Shown: piece by piece, positions 1 to 6,650 of the stretch
How the letters are laid out: each line of letters begins with the position of its first letter
How positions within the stretch are numbered: position 1 is the first letter of the stretch
Virus record (IMG/VR): IMGVR_UViG_3300038492_000162
Location: 1 to 25,297 of that record
Source of the DNA: a virus
Lineage: Duplodnaviria > Caudoviricetes
DNA: 25,297 bases
Reading direction: 5' to 3' (one strand)
Notes under the pieces: generated by a model
Told to the model about the DNA's origin: nothing
What the model saw: the letters and a program-made list of their open reading frames with translations, nothing else
Databases searched by the model: none
Program-made: the position numbers and the translations under genes

Positions 1-1
1 G

Positions 2-415
2 GGAGAAGGGGTTAAAGATATCAAGTTTGATTTGATCAAGCTGGAAAGTCGATTGCGGGTATTCTATCAGCGCCTAAATCAGGATCGGATGCGGCACGGT
101 CTGGCAATGAGCATGGATCTAAACGAAGCTGTCGGCGGCTATACCGCAAAGTGGATCAAGGCACAGATCGAGAACGACCAATTCTGCAACCACATCTTGC
201 CAATGCTGGACAAGTTGCACACGGAACACCCTGGGCAAAATTTTAACCTGCGTCAGTACGGCGACGCTTTGATGAACGGTCTTCCTGACGCATATTTCAA
301 AAACGAGCCTTACGACTTCGCCAGATCGATTGCAGAGCGAGACGCCAAGAAGGCAAAGGTGAAGACGGGGGCAAAACGAAGCGCATTGGGCAAAGGTGGT
401 GCCTGGAATGAATGA
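2..415 (+). CDS. 5'-truncated protein, possibly C-terminus of a phage replication initiator
   Basis: Frame is open from base 2 (GEGVKDIKFDLIKLESRL...). Function is inferred only from position ahead of the replication-downstream genes. Confidence 0.45.
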   Translation, partial: GEGVKDIKFDLIKLESRLRVFYQRLNQDRMRHGLAMSMDLNEAVGGYTAKWIKAQIENDQFCNHILPMLDKLHTEHPGQNFNLRQYGDALMNGLPDAYFKNEPYDFARSIAERDAKKAKVKTGAKRSALGKGGAWNE

Positions 416-842
416 AGTACGAAAAAAACAACTCACCCGCATCTATCAAGATACCTGTCAAGTTTTCCGCAAGGGCTTCATGATCGACCCATTTGAAGAC
501 CCCGACGGCTTCAATGCCGCAATGCAGATTTACGAAGAGCACCTTGAAGACGTCCCGACGGACATGCTGTACGAGAGCTACAAAGCCGCAGTTCGAGCCG
601 TTGACGGCGGGAAGCGTGAGCCGTTCGCGCCAGAGATCAGGGCTGCATACTTCAATACCGTCATGTCGAAGCCAGAAAAAAAGGAAGAGCTCAAGGCTGC
701 GGAAGAAGAGTTGCCGCCATTGAGTGACAAACAGCGCTTGCACCAATTTCGCGTACTCGGTCAATTTTACGAAAGCGGCATGGCTTGCGCTATTGAGACG
801 ATCGCGGCGAGTCATGGCGCGAAAAGGATGCGAGATGAATAA
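408..842 (+). CDS. Hypothetical protein (possible helicase-loader-like replication accessory)
   Basis: ATG 408 overlaps the upstream stop with GGTGG before it. Helical protein with a PFAPEIR motif. Function is positional inference. Confidence 0.6.
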   Translation: MNEVRKKQLTRIYQDTCQVFRKGFMIDPFEDPDGFNAAMQIYEEHLEDVPTDMLYESYKAAVRAVDGGKREPFAPEIRAAYFNTVMSKPEKKEELKAAEEELPPLSDKQRLHQFRVLGQFYESGMACAIETIAASHGAKRMRDE

Positions 843-878
843 GTGCCCGAGCACTAAAACTTATAGGGAATTGGAGCG

Positions 879-1097
879 ATGATAAGAAAGCTTGAATTAA
901 TGGGCCATATCGGATATTGCAAGGCAGAAGACTGTACGGGAAAAACCGGGAATATAGAAATGGGAACTAAGAGAGTTCCACAAGCGGGAACAATGGTAAA
1001 ACTGTGGGTGTGGTGTGAAGATCAAGAAATTGAAGAAGTGTTGAAAGTTGTCGCGCACAATAGAAAAAATGCAGTGGTAACGATAGAGACGAGATGA
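879..1097 (+). CDS. Hypothetical protein; probable paralog of 6052..6276
   Basis: GGAG SD before the ATG; coupled to the next gene by ATGA. Confidence 0.7.
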   Translation: MIRKLELMGHIGYCKAEDCTGKTGNIEMGTKRVPQAGTMVKLWVWCEDQEIEEVLKVVAHNRKNAVVTIETR

Positions 1098-1318
1098 CTG
1101 AGCAAAACCTAAAGCAAGAGATCCACGCCAAGCTATCAGCAAGTGACGCGATCGACTCGAAAAGCGCCCTGAGCTCAAATCAGATCAGCGCTCTTATTTT
1201 TGGTTCCGATTGGCTGAAAGTCAAAGTTGCCTGTTATGATCTTGCGAAAAATAATGTGGTTGTGGTGACGGAAGATCAGAAGTTTTATCTTAATGTGAAA
1301 AGCAAGGTGGAGGTTTGA
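1094..1318 (+). CDS. Small winged-helix-like DNA-binding protein
   Basis: Pattern LSSNQISALI...VKVACYDLAKNNVVVVTEDQKFYL (helix-turn-helix plus beta wing). Confidence 0.55.
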   Translation: MTEQNLKQEIHAKLSASDAIDSKSALSSNQISALIFGSDWLKVKVACYDLAKNNVVVVTEDQKFYLNVKSKVEV

Positions 1319-2610
1319 ATGTGGCTGTATATACCGCAATCTCGGTCTGCTCTGGAATCGGTGGACTTGACCACGGAATTGACCGAGCAATCGGCGGAGC
1401 GCTTCGCAACGTCCTTATGGTGGAAGGGGAAGCGTTTAGCGCAAGCAACCTGGCGGCGCAAATGGAAAGCAACTTCATGGCTCAAACGCCTATCTGGGCT
1501 GACCTTAGAACCATTACAGGCCCAGAATGCAACGCTTACGTTCGCCGATCGCTTTGCGGAAGAAGTCTCGACATCTTCTTTGGCGGAATCCCCTGCCAAC
1601 CCTGGTCCGTCGCTGGCAAGCAGGCTGGAGCAGACGATGAACGCGACTTATGGCCGGCAAGTCTTGAAGCAATTAGCCATTACAAACCGGGGCTTGTTCT
1701 TATCGAGAATGTTTCGGGGTTCGCAGGCGAGCCTCTTGGGCTCCGACGAGTCGCCGCAGATCTTGCCGGAATGGGTTACTCAGTTGCAAGCGGTATCTTT
1801 ACGTCGTCAGAAGTCGGCGGAAGCCATCAGCGCAAACGGTGCTTTGTTATGGGCTATAGCGAGAGCCACGGACACAAACAATCCAGGAGAACATGGGCAA
1901 GGGGGGCAGGATCTTCGAACGCAAGTCGAAAATTGGATGACGCCAAGAGCAATGGACGGGCAAGGGTCAACGTGGATGTCAGGGCCGAAGGGTATACAAG
2001 TGCCAACTCACTCAGGGCAGGCGCAAATGTGGACGACAGTAACGGCGAGCGAGGCAGGGGGGACATTCGAAAGCCGAAAGAAAGCGAAGCAAAAAACGGG
2101 GCGCGAGCAAGTAACAATTCTGAATGTAGTGGCAGCGGACGGATGGCCAACGCCAACGGCAAGGGATTGCAAGGGGGGAGTAACGGACGAGGCGCTGATA
2201 CGGGCGGATGGCAAAAGCCGAATGGATGCGCTACCCCAGATGGTCGAGCGCTTCCCATTTGCCCGGGGCGAAGCGACTACAGGTCTTGGGCAGCTATTGC
2301 GCGAAATAATCCCGATTTACTGCCCGCACTATCACCTTTCGCAATGGAGCAAATCGCTGGAAGAAATGTCAGAATCCGAATTACAGGAAGTGTGGGAGAG
2401 TCGCCCGAAGAACGACAGATACAGGATGAGATTGAATTGGAAATTCAGCGCATGGCTGATGAATATTCCGATCGAACACATTGCTTGCGGGCTATCGGAA
2501 ACGCCGTCGATCAGCAAGTCGCAGAGTACGCATTCGTAACGCTTTTCTCAGTGATAATGGAGAATATGGCCCGCTTGTCTATCAATGCTGAACAGATGGC
2601 AAGACCCTAG
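1315..2610 (+). CDS. C5-cytosine DNA methyltransferase, alpha (catalytic) polypeptide
   Basis: Motif I SVCSGIGG, motif IV GGIPCQPWS, motif VI IENV, motif VIII HQRKRCF, motif X LRAIGNAV. Start is TTG 1315 or in-frame GTG 1321. Confidence 0.93.
   Translation: MNVAVYTAISVCSGIGGLDHGIDRAIGGALRNVLMVEGEAFSASNLAAQMESNFMAQTPIWADLRTITGPECNAYVRRSLCGRSLDIFFGGIPCQPWSVAGKQAGADDERDLWPASLEAISHYKPGLVLIENVSGFAGEPLGLRRVAADLAGMGYSVASGIFTSSEVGGSHQRKRCFVMGYSESHGHKQSRRTWARGAGSSNASRKLDDAKSNGRARVNVDVRAEGYTSANSLRAGANVDDSNGERGRGDIRKPKESEAKNGARASNNSECSGSGRMANANGKGLQGGSNGRGADTGGWQKPNGCATPDGRALPICPGRSDYRSWAAIARNNPDLLPALSPFAMEQIAGRNVRIRITGSVGESPEERQIQDEIELEIQRMADEYSDRTHCLRAIGNAVDQQVAEYAFVTLFSVIMENMARLSINAEQMARP
1319..2539 (+). 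CDS. Overprinted +1-frame protein, probable methyltransferase beta subunit (WxTP repeats plus motif IX-like segment)
   Basis: 406 stop-free codons nested in the MTase gene. ATG lies 5 nt after GGAGG. Four W-x-T/I-x-x-A-x-D/E repeats and RLNWKFSAWLMNIP. Confidence 0.8.
   Translation: MWLYIPQSRSALESVDLTTELTEQSAERFATSLWWKGKRLAQATWRRKWKATSWLKRLSGLTLEPLQAQNATLTFADRFAEEVSTSSLAESPANPGPSLASRLEQTMNATYGRQVLKQLAITNRGLFLSRMFRGSQASLLGSDESPQILPEWVTQLQAVSLRRQKSAEAISANGALLWAIARATDTNNPGEHGQGGQDLRTQVENWMTPRAMDGQGSTWMSGPKGIQVPTHSGQAQMWTTVTASEAGGTFESRKKAKQKTGREQVTILNVVAADGWPTPTARDCKGGVTDEALIRADGKSRMDALPQMVERFPFARGEATTGLGQLLREIIPIYCPHYHLSQWSKSLEEMSESELQEVWESRPKNDRYRMRLNWKFSAWLMNIPIEHIACGLSETPSISKSQSTHS
1850..2176 (+). 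repeat. Four degenerate dual-frame coding repeats
   Basis: +1 frame: WAIARATD (1850), WMTPRAMD (1934), WTTVTASE (2030), WPTPTARD (2144). The same DNA in frame 0 reads MGYSESHG, LDDAKSNG, VDDSNGER, MANANGKG. Confidence 0.75.
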
Positions 2611-2640
2611 TAAGCGGAGAAGCGGGCTTGTATTATAAAA

Positions 2641-2707
2641 ATCACCCCGCCAGGTGCTAAACGATAAGTCAATCAGAGCATCGGGGAGTGGTGGGGTGAT
2701 GTTTTTT
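2641..2707 (+). terminator. Long hairpin plus U-tract, putative intrinsic terminator
   Basis: ATCACCCCGCCA (2641-2652) pairs with TGGTGGGGTGAT (2689-2700, one G-U). Inner stem GGTGCT/AGCATC. Followed by GTTTTTT. Confidence 0.6.
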
Positions 2708-2773
2708 GGCCTTATAAAAAGGGCGCTTTCAGTGGATGGGAAGCTGTACTTCAAAGCTGTAGGATGGGTGGAA

Positions 2774-3241
2774 ATGCCTGAAAGAATGAGCATCGACGAA
2801 TTTAAGAAAATCAACCGTGGCCGCTCTTCTCAGCAGCGCGGCGAAGCGGGGGAGCTGCTTGTTCGGGCTGCCCTGCAAAAGATTGGCCTGAAGCAAATCG
2901 AGAAGATTCATACGCCCTGGCGGATCATTCGAGACGATAAGGGTAAGGTTATCGATGCGGTGCCACTGGAAAAGGTCGAAGGTGATTTTGTCGCAATCGA
3001 TCCCAATACGGGGAAGAAGGTTCTTGTAGAGTCAAAGTGGCGTCAGTTTCCGAGGCTTGCTTATGGCGATGTAAAGATCCATCAGCACCGGTCGATGTTC
3101 GACAATGACGCTTACGGCGGGATCTCTATACTTGCATGGGTTCGTGATGGTCGGGTGAAGCTGATGCGCTACCCGGTCTTGAAGTTCGAACCAAACAAGT
3201 CGATAAAATGGGCCGAAGCTACGGAGATCAAGAAGCTATGA
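2774..3241 (+). CDS. PD-(D/E)xK nuclease, RecU-like Holliday junction resolvase
   Basis: RGEAGELLV...IEKIHTP...GDFVAI...VLVESK...VKIHQ pattern. Start moved to ATG 2774 (or 2786) because the track start at 2654 lies inside the hairpin. Confidence 0.75.
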   Translation: MPERMSIDEFKKINRGRSSQQRGEAGELLVRAALQKIGLKQIEKIHTPWRIIRDDKGKVIDAVPLEKVEGDFVAIDPNTGKKVLVESKWRQFPRLAYGDVKIHQHRSMFDNDAYGGISILAWVRDGRVKLMRYPVLKFEPNKSIKWAEATEIKKL

Positions 3242-3429
3242 TCAGCGTAGGAGATCGGGTGCAATTCAGGAATAGACCGGGTGTCGTCACCCATATCTTC
3301 GACCACCCCAGGTTTACGCCAGTGGTCAGGGTGGCTTACGACAAGCCATACGTGGATCCTGTTCAGGGCTTGATAAAGCACGTTGTTTGCATGGTTACCC
3401 TTGTAGAAAAAATGGAGACCGGGACATGA
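3238..3429 (+). CDS. Small SH3/KOW-like hypothetical protein
   Basis: ATGA overlap; MISVGDRVQF...GVVTHI pattern. Confidence 0.65.
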   Translation: MISVGDRVQFRNRPGVVTHIFDHPRFTPVVRVAYDKPYVDPVQGLIKHVVCMVTLVEKMETGT

Positions 3430-4130
3430 GAAATAATCTAACGACATTTACTTTTTGGGCCTTCTCAGCGCTTGTGCTGACTGCCTATGCGGTTGACACG
3501 TTCGGGCAAGACTCAACTCTTGTGACCGTCTCATGGAGCGCAAACACAGAGCCCGACATAGATCACTACGAGCTCTACGCGGGCAAAATGTCCCGCTCGT
3601 ACGAACTCGCCGGTGTGACGCATCAGACGCAGCTTGAGATTGCCGTCTCGGGAACGACTTATTTTGCTGTCGGCGCCGTGGATGCTGCAGGCAATGTCTC
3701 GGCGCCAAGTGAAGAAGTCAGATGGCCCGCGTTCGAGCCTGTTATTGCCGGGATCGACACGGTAGAAGAGGGCCAGTGGATTTATTACGAAATCGGCAAT
3801 CTCGGCACGGACACGCAGGGAATGGCTTACGAATCTGACTCAATCGCCGTTAAGTGGCTAACCGACCAGTGGCACTTTCTCAACCCCGATAATGGCGACT
3901 ACTACATCAGAAGCGACACGCTTGCAATCAACCTGCCGCTGATCACGCGGTTTATTTGGGATCAAGACGACTTCCAGTACAACTACAAGCCGCGTTTCAG
4001 GCTGGACGTGTATCACGATGGGCATGAAGTGCTTGGCTTGGAGTCGCCGCAGGTCTACATTAAGCCACCGGAAACGGGTATCCCTGCGCCGGTGGAGTTG
4101 CGGAGAATTTTTGTAGGTGGAGAGAAATGA
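3426..4130 (+). CDS. Secreted fibronectin type III domain protein
   Basis: Hydrophobic N-terminus ending ...DTFG-Q, then the FN3 signature VTVSWSANTEPDIDHYELY...TYFAVGAVDAAGNVSAPSEEV. Confidence 0.8.
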   Translation: MRNNLTTFTFWAFSALVLTAYAVDTFGQDSTLVTVSWSANTEPDIDHYELYAGKMSRSYELAGVTHQTQLEIAVSGTTYFAVGAVDAAGNVSAPSEEVRWPAFEPVIAGIDTVEEGQWIYYEIGNLGTDTQGMAYESDSIAVKWLTDQWHFLNPDNGDYYIRSDTLAINLPLITRFIWDQDDFQYNYKPRFRLDVYHDGHEVLGLESPQVYIKPPETGIPAPVELRRIFVGGEK

Positions 4131-4369
4131 AAATTAAAGATCAAGATTTTGAAGAGATGTTCTCAGCGTACTATGACGCTTGCGATGCATCTCTGAGTAG
4201 GCATCCCTGGAGAGAGACGCATGAGATTTCGCGGAGATCGCGCTTGCCCCGAGATTGGGTTTTTCGAAGACTGAAACGCATGCAGGAAAAGGGCTTGATG
4301 GCATGCCGGTCTACTTGGGGCAATTCTTACGAATGGATGCCATTGACTGGCGGCGCATCGGACGCCTAA
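4127..4369 (+). CDS. Winged-helix DNA-binding protein
   Basis: THEISRRSRLPRDWVFRRLKRMQEKGLM...YEW. GGAG SD and ATGA overlap. Confidence 0.65.
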   Translation: MKIKDQDFEEMFSAYYDACDASLSRHPWRETHEISRRSRLPRDWVFRRLKRMQEKGLMACRSTWGNSYEWMPLTGGASDA

Positions 4370-4581
4370 AGAGAATTTACGAGACACGCAAGCCGGGACA
4401 ATTCGGCTACATCGCCCAAGACTCGCTTTCTCTCATGAAAGAGTGGGCTGAGTCTCAGGGAATACAGCGGGGCGATACCTGGCTGCGTGAAGTGTGGAAT
4501 GGTTCGCGCTGCGCGGACAAAACAGGGATAGAGCCCAAGCGTCGGAAACGGCGGTATTTGGGCTCTAATGAATGGCAATGA
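4333..4581 (+). CDS. Hypothetical basic protein
   Basis: Fills the gap between neighbours and ends in an ATGA overlap. Start is uncertain. Confidence 0.5.
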   Translation: MDAIDWRRIGRLKRIYETRKPGQFGYIAQDSLSLMKEWAESQGIQRGDTWLREVWNGSRCADKTGIEPKRRKRRYLGSNEWQ

Positions 4582-4790
4582 ATTGGTATTGGACTAGACT
4601 GTATGCGGCGTGCTTGTGGCTTGGCATTGGTCTGCACTTCGCTTTCGATTTGGCCCCTTTTTCGTGGCAGATGTTGTACTGGATAGTGCCGTCTTCACTG
4701 ATATTCTATTACGCAAATGACAAGATCGAAGCGCTTTTGACTTTGATTGAAGAGCTCAAGGATGCGTCTGTTTCTTGGAAAAAGCAATGA
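4578..4790 (+). CDS. Small membrane protein (2 predicted TM helices)
   Basis: LYAACLWLGIGLHFAF and MLYWIVPSSLIFYY. ATGA overlaps at both ends. Confidence 0.65.
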   Translation: MNWYWTRLYAACLWLGIGLHFAFDLAPFSWQMLYWIVPSSLIFYYANDKIEALLTLIEELKDASVSWKKQ

Positions 4791-5080
4791 AAACACCCCA
4801 TAAATTCAAACACGCAATCCGCGAGATGGCATTCGGAAACGAAGCCGTCACCGTCTACTGTGAGCGATGCGGCCATATTGCTTTTGACTCACAGATCGGG
4901 CGACTTATGGATCCTAAGAAAGCGCCAGATACTTGCATCGAAGATACTCGGAGAATTGAACGCACAGATCATACCGGGCTTTCACCAATTGGTCTTTGCG
5001 ACGCGACAGGCGCAATCTTGTGGACCCAGACAGTTTCCGAGAGTTTGCAGCAAGGCGAAGAAGATCAATCTCCCGGTTAA
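4787..5080 (+). CDS. Hypothetical protein with putative Zn-binding His/Cys motif
   Basis: HKF...YCERCGH...C; ATGA overlap. Confidence 0.6.
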   Translation: MKTPHKFKHAIREMAFGNEAVTVYCERCGHIAFDSQIGRLMDPKKAPDTCIEDTRRIERTDHTGLSPIGLCDATGAILWTQTVSESLQQGEEDQSPG

Positions 5081-5115
5081 GCATACGGACTTGACGGCGG
5101 TACATTTCGGACAAG

Positions 5116-5144
5116 TTGCTTTTCATGGCGTACTTCCCTATATT
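5116..5144 (+). promoter_or_regulatory. sigma70-type promoter upstream of the tRNA-like RNA
   Basis: TTGCTT (5116-5121), 17 nt, TATATT (5139-5144), in an intergenic gap. Confidence 0.6.
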
Positions 5145-5166
5145 ATGGCTTCTTCCTCCAGTCACA

Positions 5167-5209
5167 GGCAGGGCTCTATTTTGCTGTGTTTCTGAGCCCT
5201 GCTTTCTGT
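5167..5209 (+). other. GC-rich hairpin in the leader (possible attenuator or processing signal)
   Basis: GGCAGGGCTC (5167-5176) pairs with GAGCCCTGCT (5194-5203), followed by TTCTGT. Confidence 0.5.
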
Positions 5210-5258
5210 ATCGGCGATAGCGCAGGATGCTTTAGAATTTCTGCCCCGGCTTTATACC

Positions 5259-5427
5259 GCGAAGGTAGCATATGTGGCGCGCTGTTTAGTCAGCGCTTGG
5301 TTAATGCGCCTGTCGGCGTCTCGGGTGCCTTGTACACCTTGACAGTCTATGTGCCCAAGTTACAAGGGTTTGGGCTTGTAGGTTCAGCCGACAGGAGAAG
5401 CGGGTTCAAAACCCGTCCTTCGCGCCT
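5259..5427 (+). ncRNA. tRNA-like ncRNA with the anticodon loop replaced by a kissing-loop domain
   Basis: Acceptor GCGAAGG/CCTTCGC + G73 + CC(T); U8, A14; D-stem GCAT/ATGC with GG; 9-bp CCTGTCGGC/GCCGACAGG; variable loop AGAA; T-arm GCGGG-TTCAAAA-CCCGT. No anticodon loop. Confidence 0.82.
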
Positions 5428-5428
5428 A

Positions 5429-5446
5429 TTTATTGGCATCAATAAA
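5429..5446. promoter_or_regulatory. Palindrome, possible operator
   Basis: TTTATTG-GCAT-CAATAAA, a perfect 7-bp inverted repeat 14 nt before the XRE gene. Confidence 0.3.
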
Positions 5447-5460
5447 ATGATGGTGGTGTG

Positions 5461-5802
5461 ATGAAGGAGTTAACGAAGGGTGAACGACTAAAGCTCCTCA
5501 GGCAACTAAGGGGATTGACGCAAGACCAACTTGCAAGAAAGTCTGATACTCACCAATCTGTTGTGTCGCAAATGGAAAAGGCTAATGTGTGGCTCACTTT
5601 CAAAGAAGCTGAGAGCTTCGCTGATGCACTAAAAGTGGACACAGCGTATTTCTTTGAGATGCCAGACGCGGATGCGGTAAAATATCTAATCTGCGAGATG
5701 GTGGATAGTGTGCGCTTAGACAAAAAGCTATCTATTTTGGACTACGCAAAGATACACAGAGATGCGCAGGTGTGGAATGAAGTGTACGGGGTGGGCAAAT
5801 GA
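5461..5802 (+). CDS. XRE/Cro-CI family HTH transcriptional regulator
   Basis: GERLKLLRQLRGLTQDQLARKSDTHQSVVSQME...FADALKVDTAYF. Confidence 0.92.
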   Translation: MKELTKGERLKLLRQLRGLTQDQLARKSDTHQSVVSQMEKANVWLTFKEAESFADALKVDTAYFFEMPDADAVKYLICEMVDSVRLDKKLSILDYAKIHRDAQVWNEVYGVGK

Positions 5803-6065
5803 AATCACTCGGAGAGCAGTTTCTTGAAGAGTTTCAGCCAGAGCTATCAAGGCCGCGCGGAAACTACGAGCAAGACCTTGCAGATTTCCAAAGAATGCAG
5901 GCTTGGCTCGACCAGTGGGAGCGGCAGAACATGTCTATAGACGCAGATGTGGTGAAAGTATTGGGTGCAAGTGAAGATGAAAAGCAGAAGATCCTAAACG
6001 GCAAGTGGAAAGGCCTTCTTAGTGATGCGCATATATCTGCGGCGGTGAGCAATGAAAAAGATTGA
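5799..6065 (+). CDS. Hypothetical protein
   Basis: ATGA-coupled ORF of 88 aa. Confidence 0.6.
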   Translation: MKSLGEQFLEEFQPELSRPRGNYEQDLADFQRMQAWLDQWERQNMSIDADVVKVLGASEDEKQKILNGKWKGLLSDAHISAAVSNEKD

Positions 6066-6276
6066 GATTGAAGGGCGATTGTCTAATTGCAAGGCTACGC
6101 CGAAGGTGTCGCGGATGATAGAATCTAACAATCATGCCCCTGTGCCTGCGCCAAAGGCAAATAATCACACCTACTTCGATTTATCCATGATGTCCCTTGA
6201 GTACATTGACCCGCAATCGTTGACTGAATTGTATGGCGGCAAAGTCAAAATCACAATAGAGCAAGTCGAAAGTTAA
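6052..6276 (+). CDS. Hypothetical protein; probable paralog of 879..1097
   Basis: GGTGAG SD; N- and C-terminal patterns shared with 879..1097. Confidence 0.65.
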   Translation: MKKIEIEGRLSNCKATPKVSRMIESNNHAPVPAPKANNHTYFDLSMMSLEYIDPQSLTELYGGKVKITIEQVES

Positions 6277-6299
6277 AGTCATAGACTATGGTGGTCAAA

Positions 6300-6650
6300 A
6301 TGAAAATCAAAGCAATGCTTTTCCTTGCAAGCCTGCTTATGGGCTGCGACACACTCGCCCCGCCAGCGTCGCGGGACATCGTGCCGATCGAGCACAGCCT
6401 AAGAGCGTCAGGCGATACGCTTCTGACCTGCTCAGATGGCTACATGCTATTGACGGGTACGTTTAACGTGTTTGACTTGGAGATAAGGGCGTCGGGCAAT
6501 GGATCAATCACGGCCGGTGGCAAGAAAGACCTGGTGAAGTTTCGCAATGATTGGTATAGCTACGGCCCCTTCTTTGCCGAAGATACGGTTCGAGTAGATA
6601 TCGATTGTGGCTGCGTAATTGTTTCGGGCTTGCAGGAGGTGGAAAGGTGA
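6300..6650 (+). CDS. Putative lipoprotein
   Basis: MKIKAMLFLASLLMG-C: basic start, hydrophobic core, lipobox LMGC. Confidence 0.7.
   Translation: MKIKAMLFLASLLMGCDTLAPPASRDIVPIEHSLRASGDTLLTCSDGYMLLTGTFNVFDLEIRASGNGSITAGGKKDLVKFRNDWYSYGPFFAEDTVRVDIDCGCVIVSGLQEVER

Noticed and set aside
835-882. 15-codon ORF MNKCPSTKTYRELER bridging two genes
   Set aside because: The overlaps suggest translational coupling, but it is too short to support as a gene.
1315-2610. Frameshifted or pseudogenised methyltransferase, or sequencing error
   Set aside because: Both frames are fully open with their own starts, and motifs I to X of alpha stay in one frame.
2654-2773. N-terminal extension of the resolvase given by the ORF track
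   Set aside because: It starts inside the hairpin and U-tract; the nuclease motifs begin after ATG 2774.
5259-5427. Interpretation as a canonical or intron-containing tRNA, or as tmRNA
   Set aside because: No 7-nt anticodon loop or U33 can be rebuilt, the insert is far too short for a group I intron, and there is no G3-U70 pair or tag ORF.
5186-5461. 91-aa + strand ORF across the intergenic gap
   Set aside because: No SD, no recognisable motif, and it overlaps the much better supported structured RNA.
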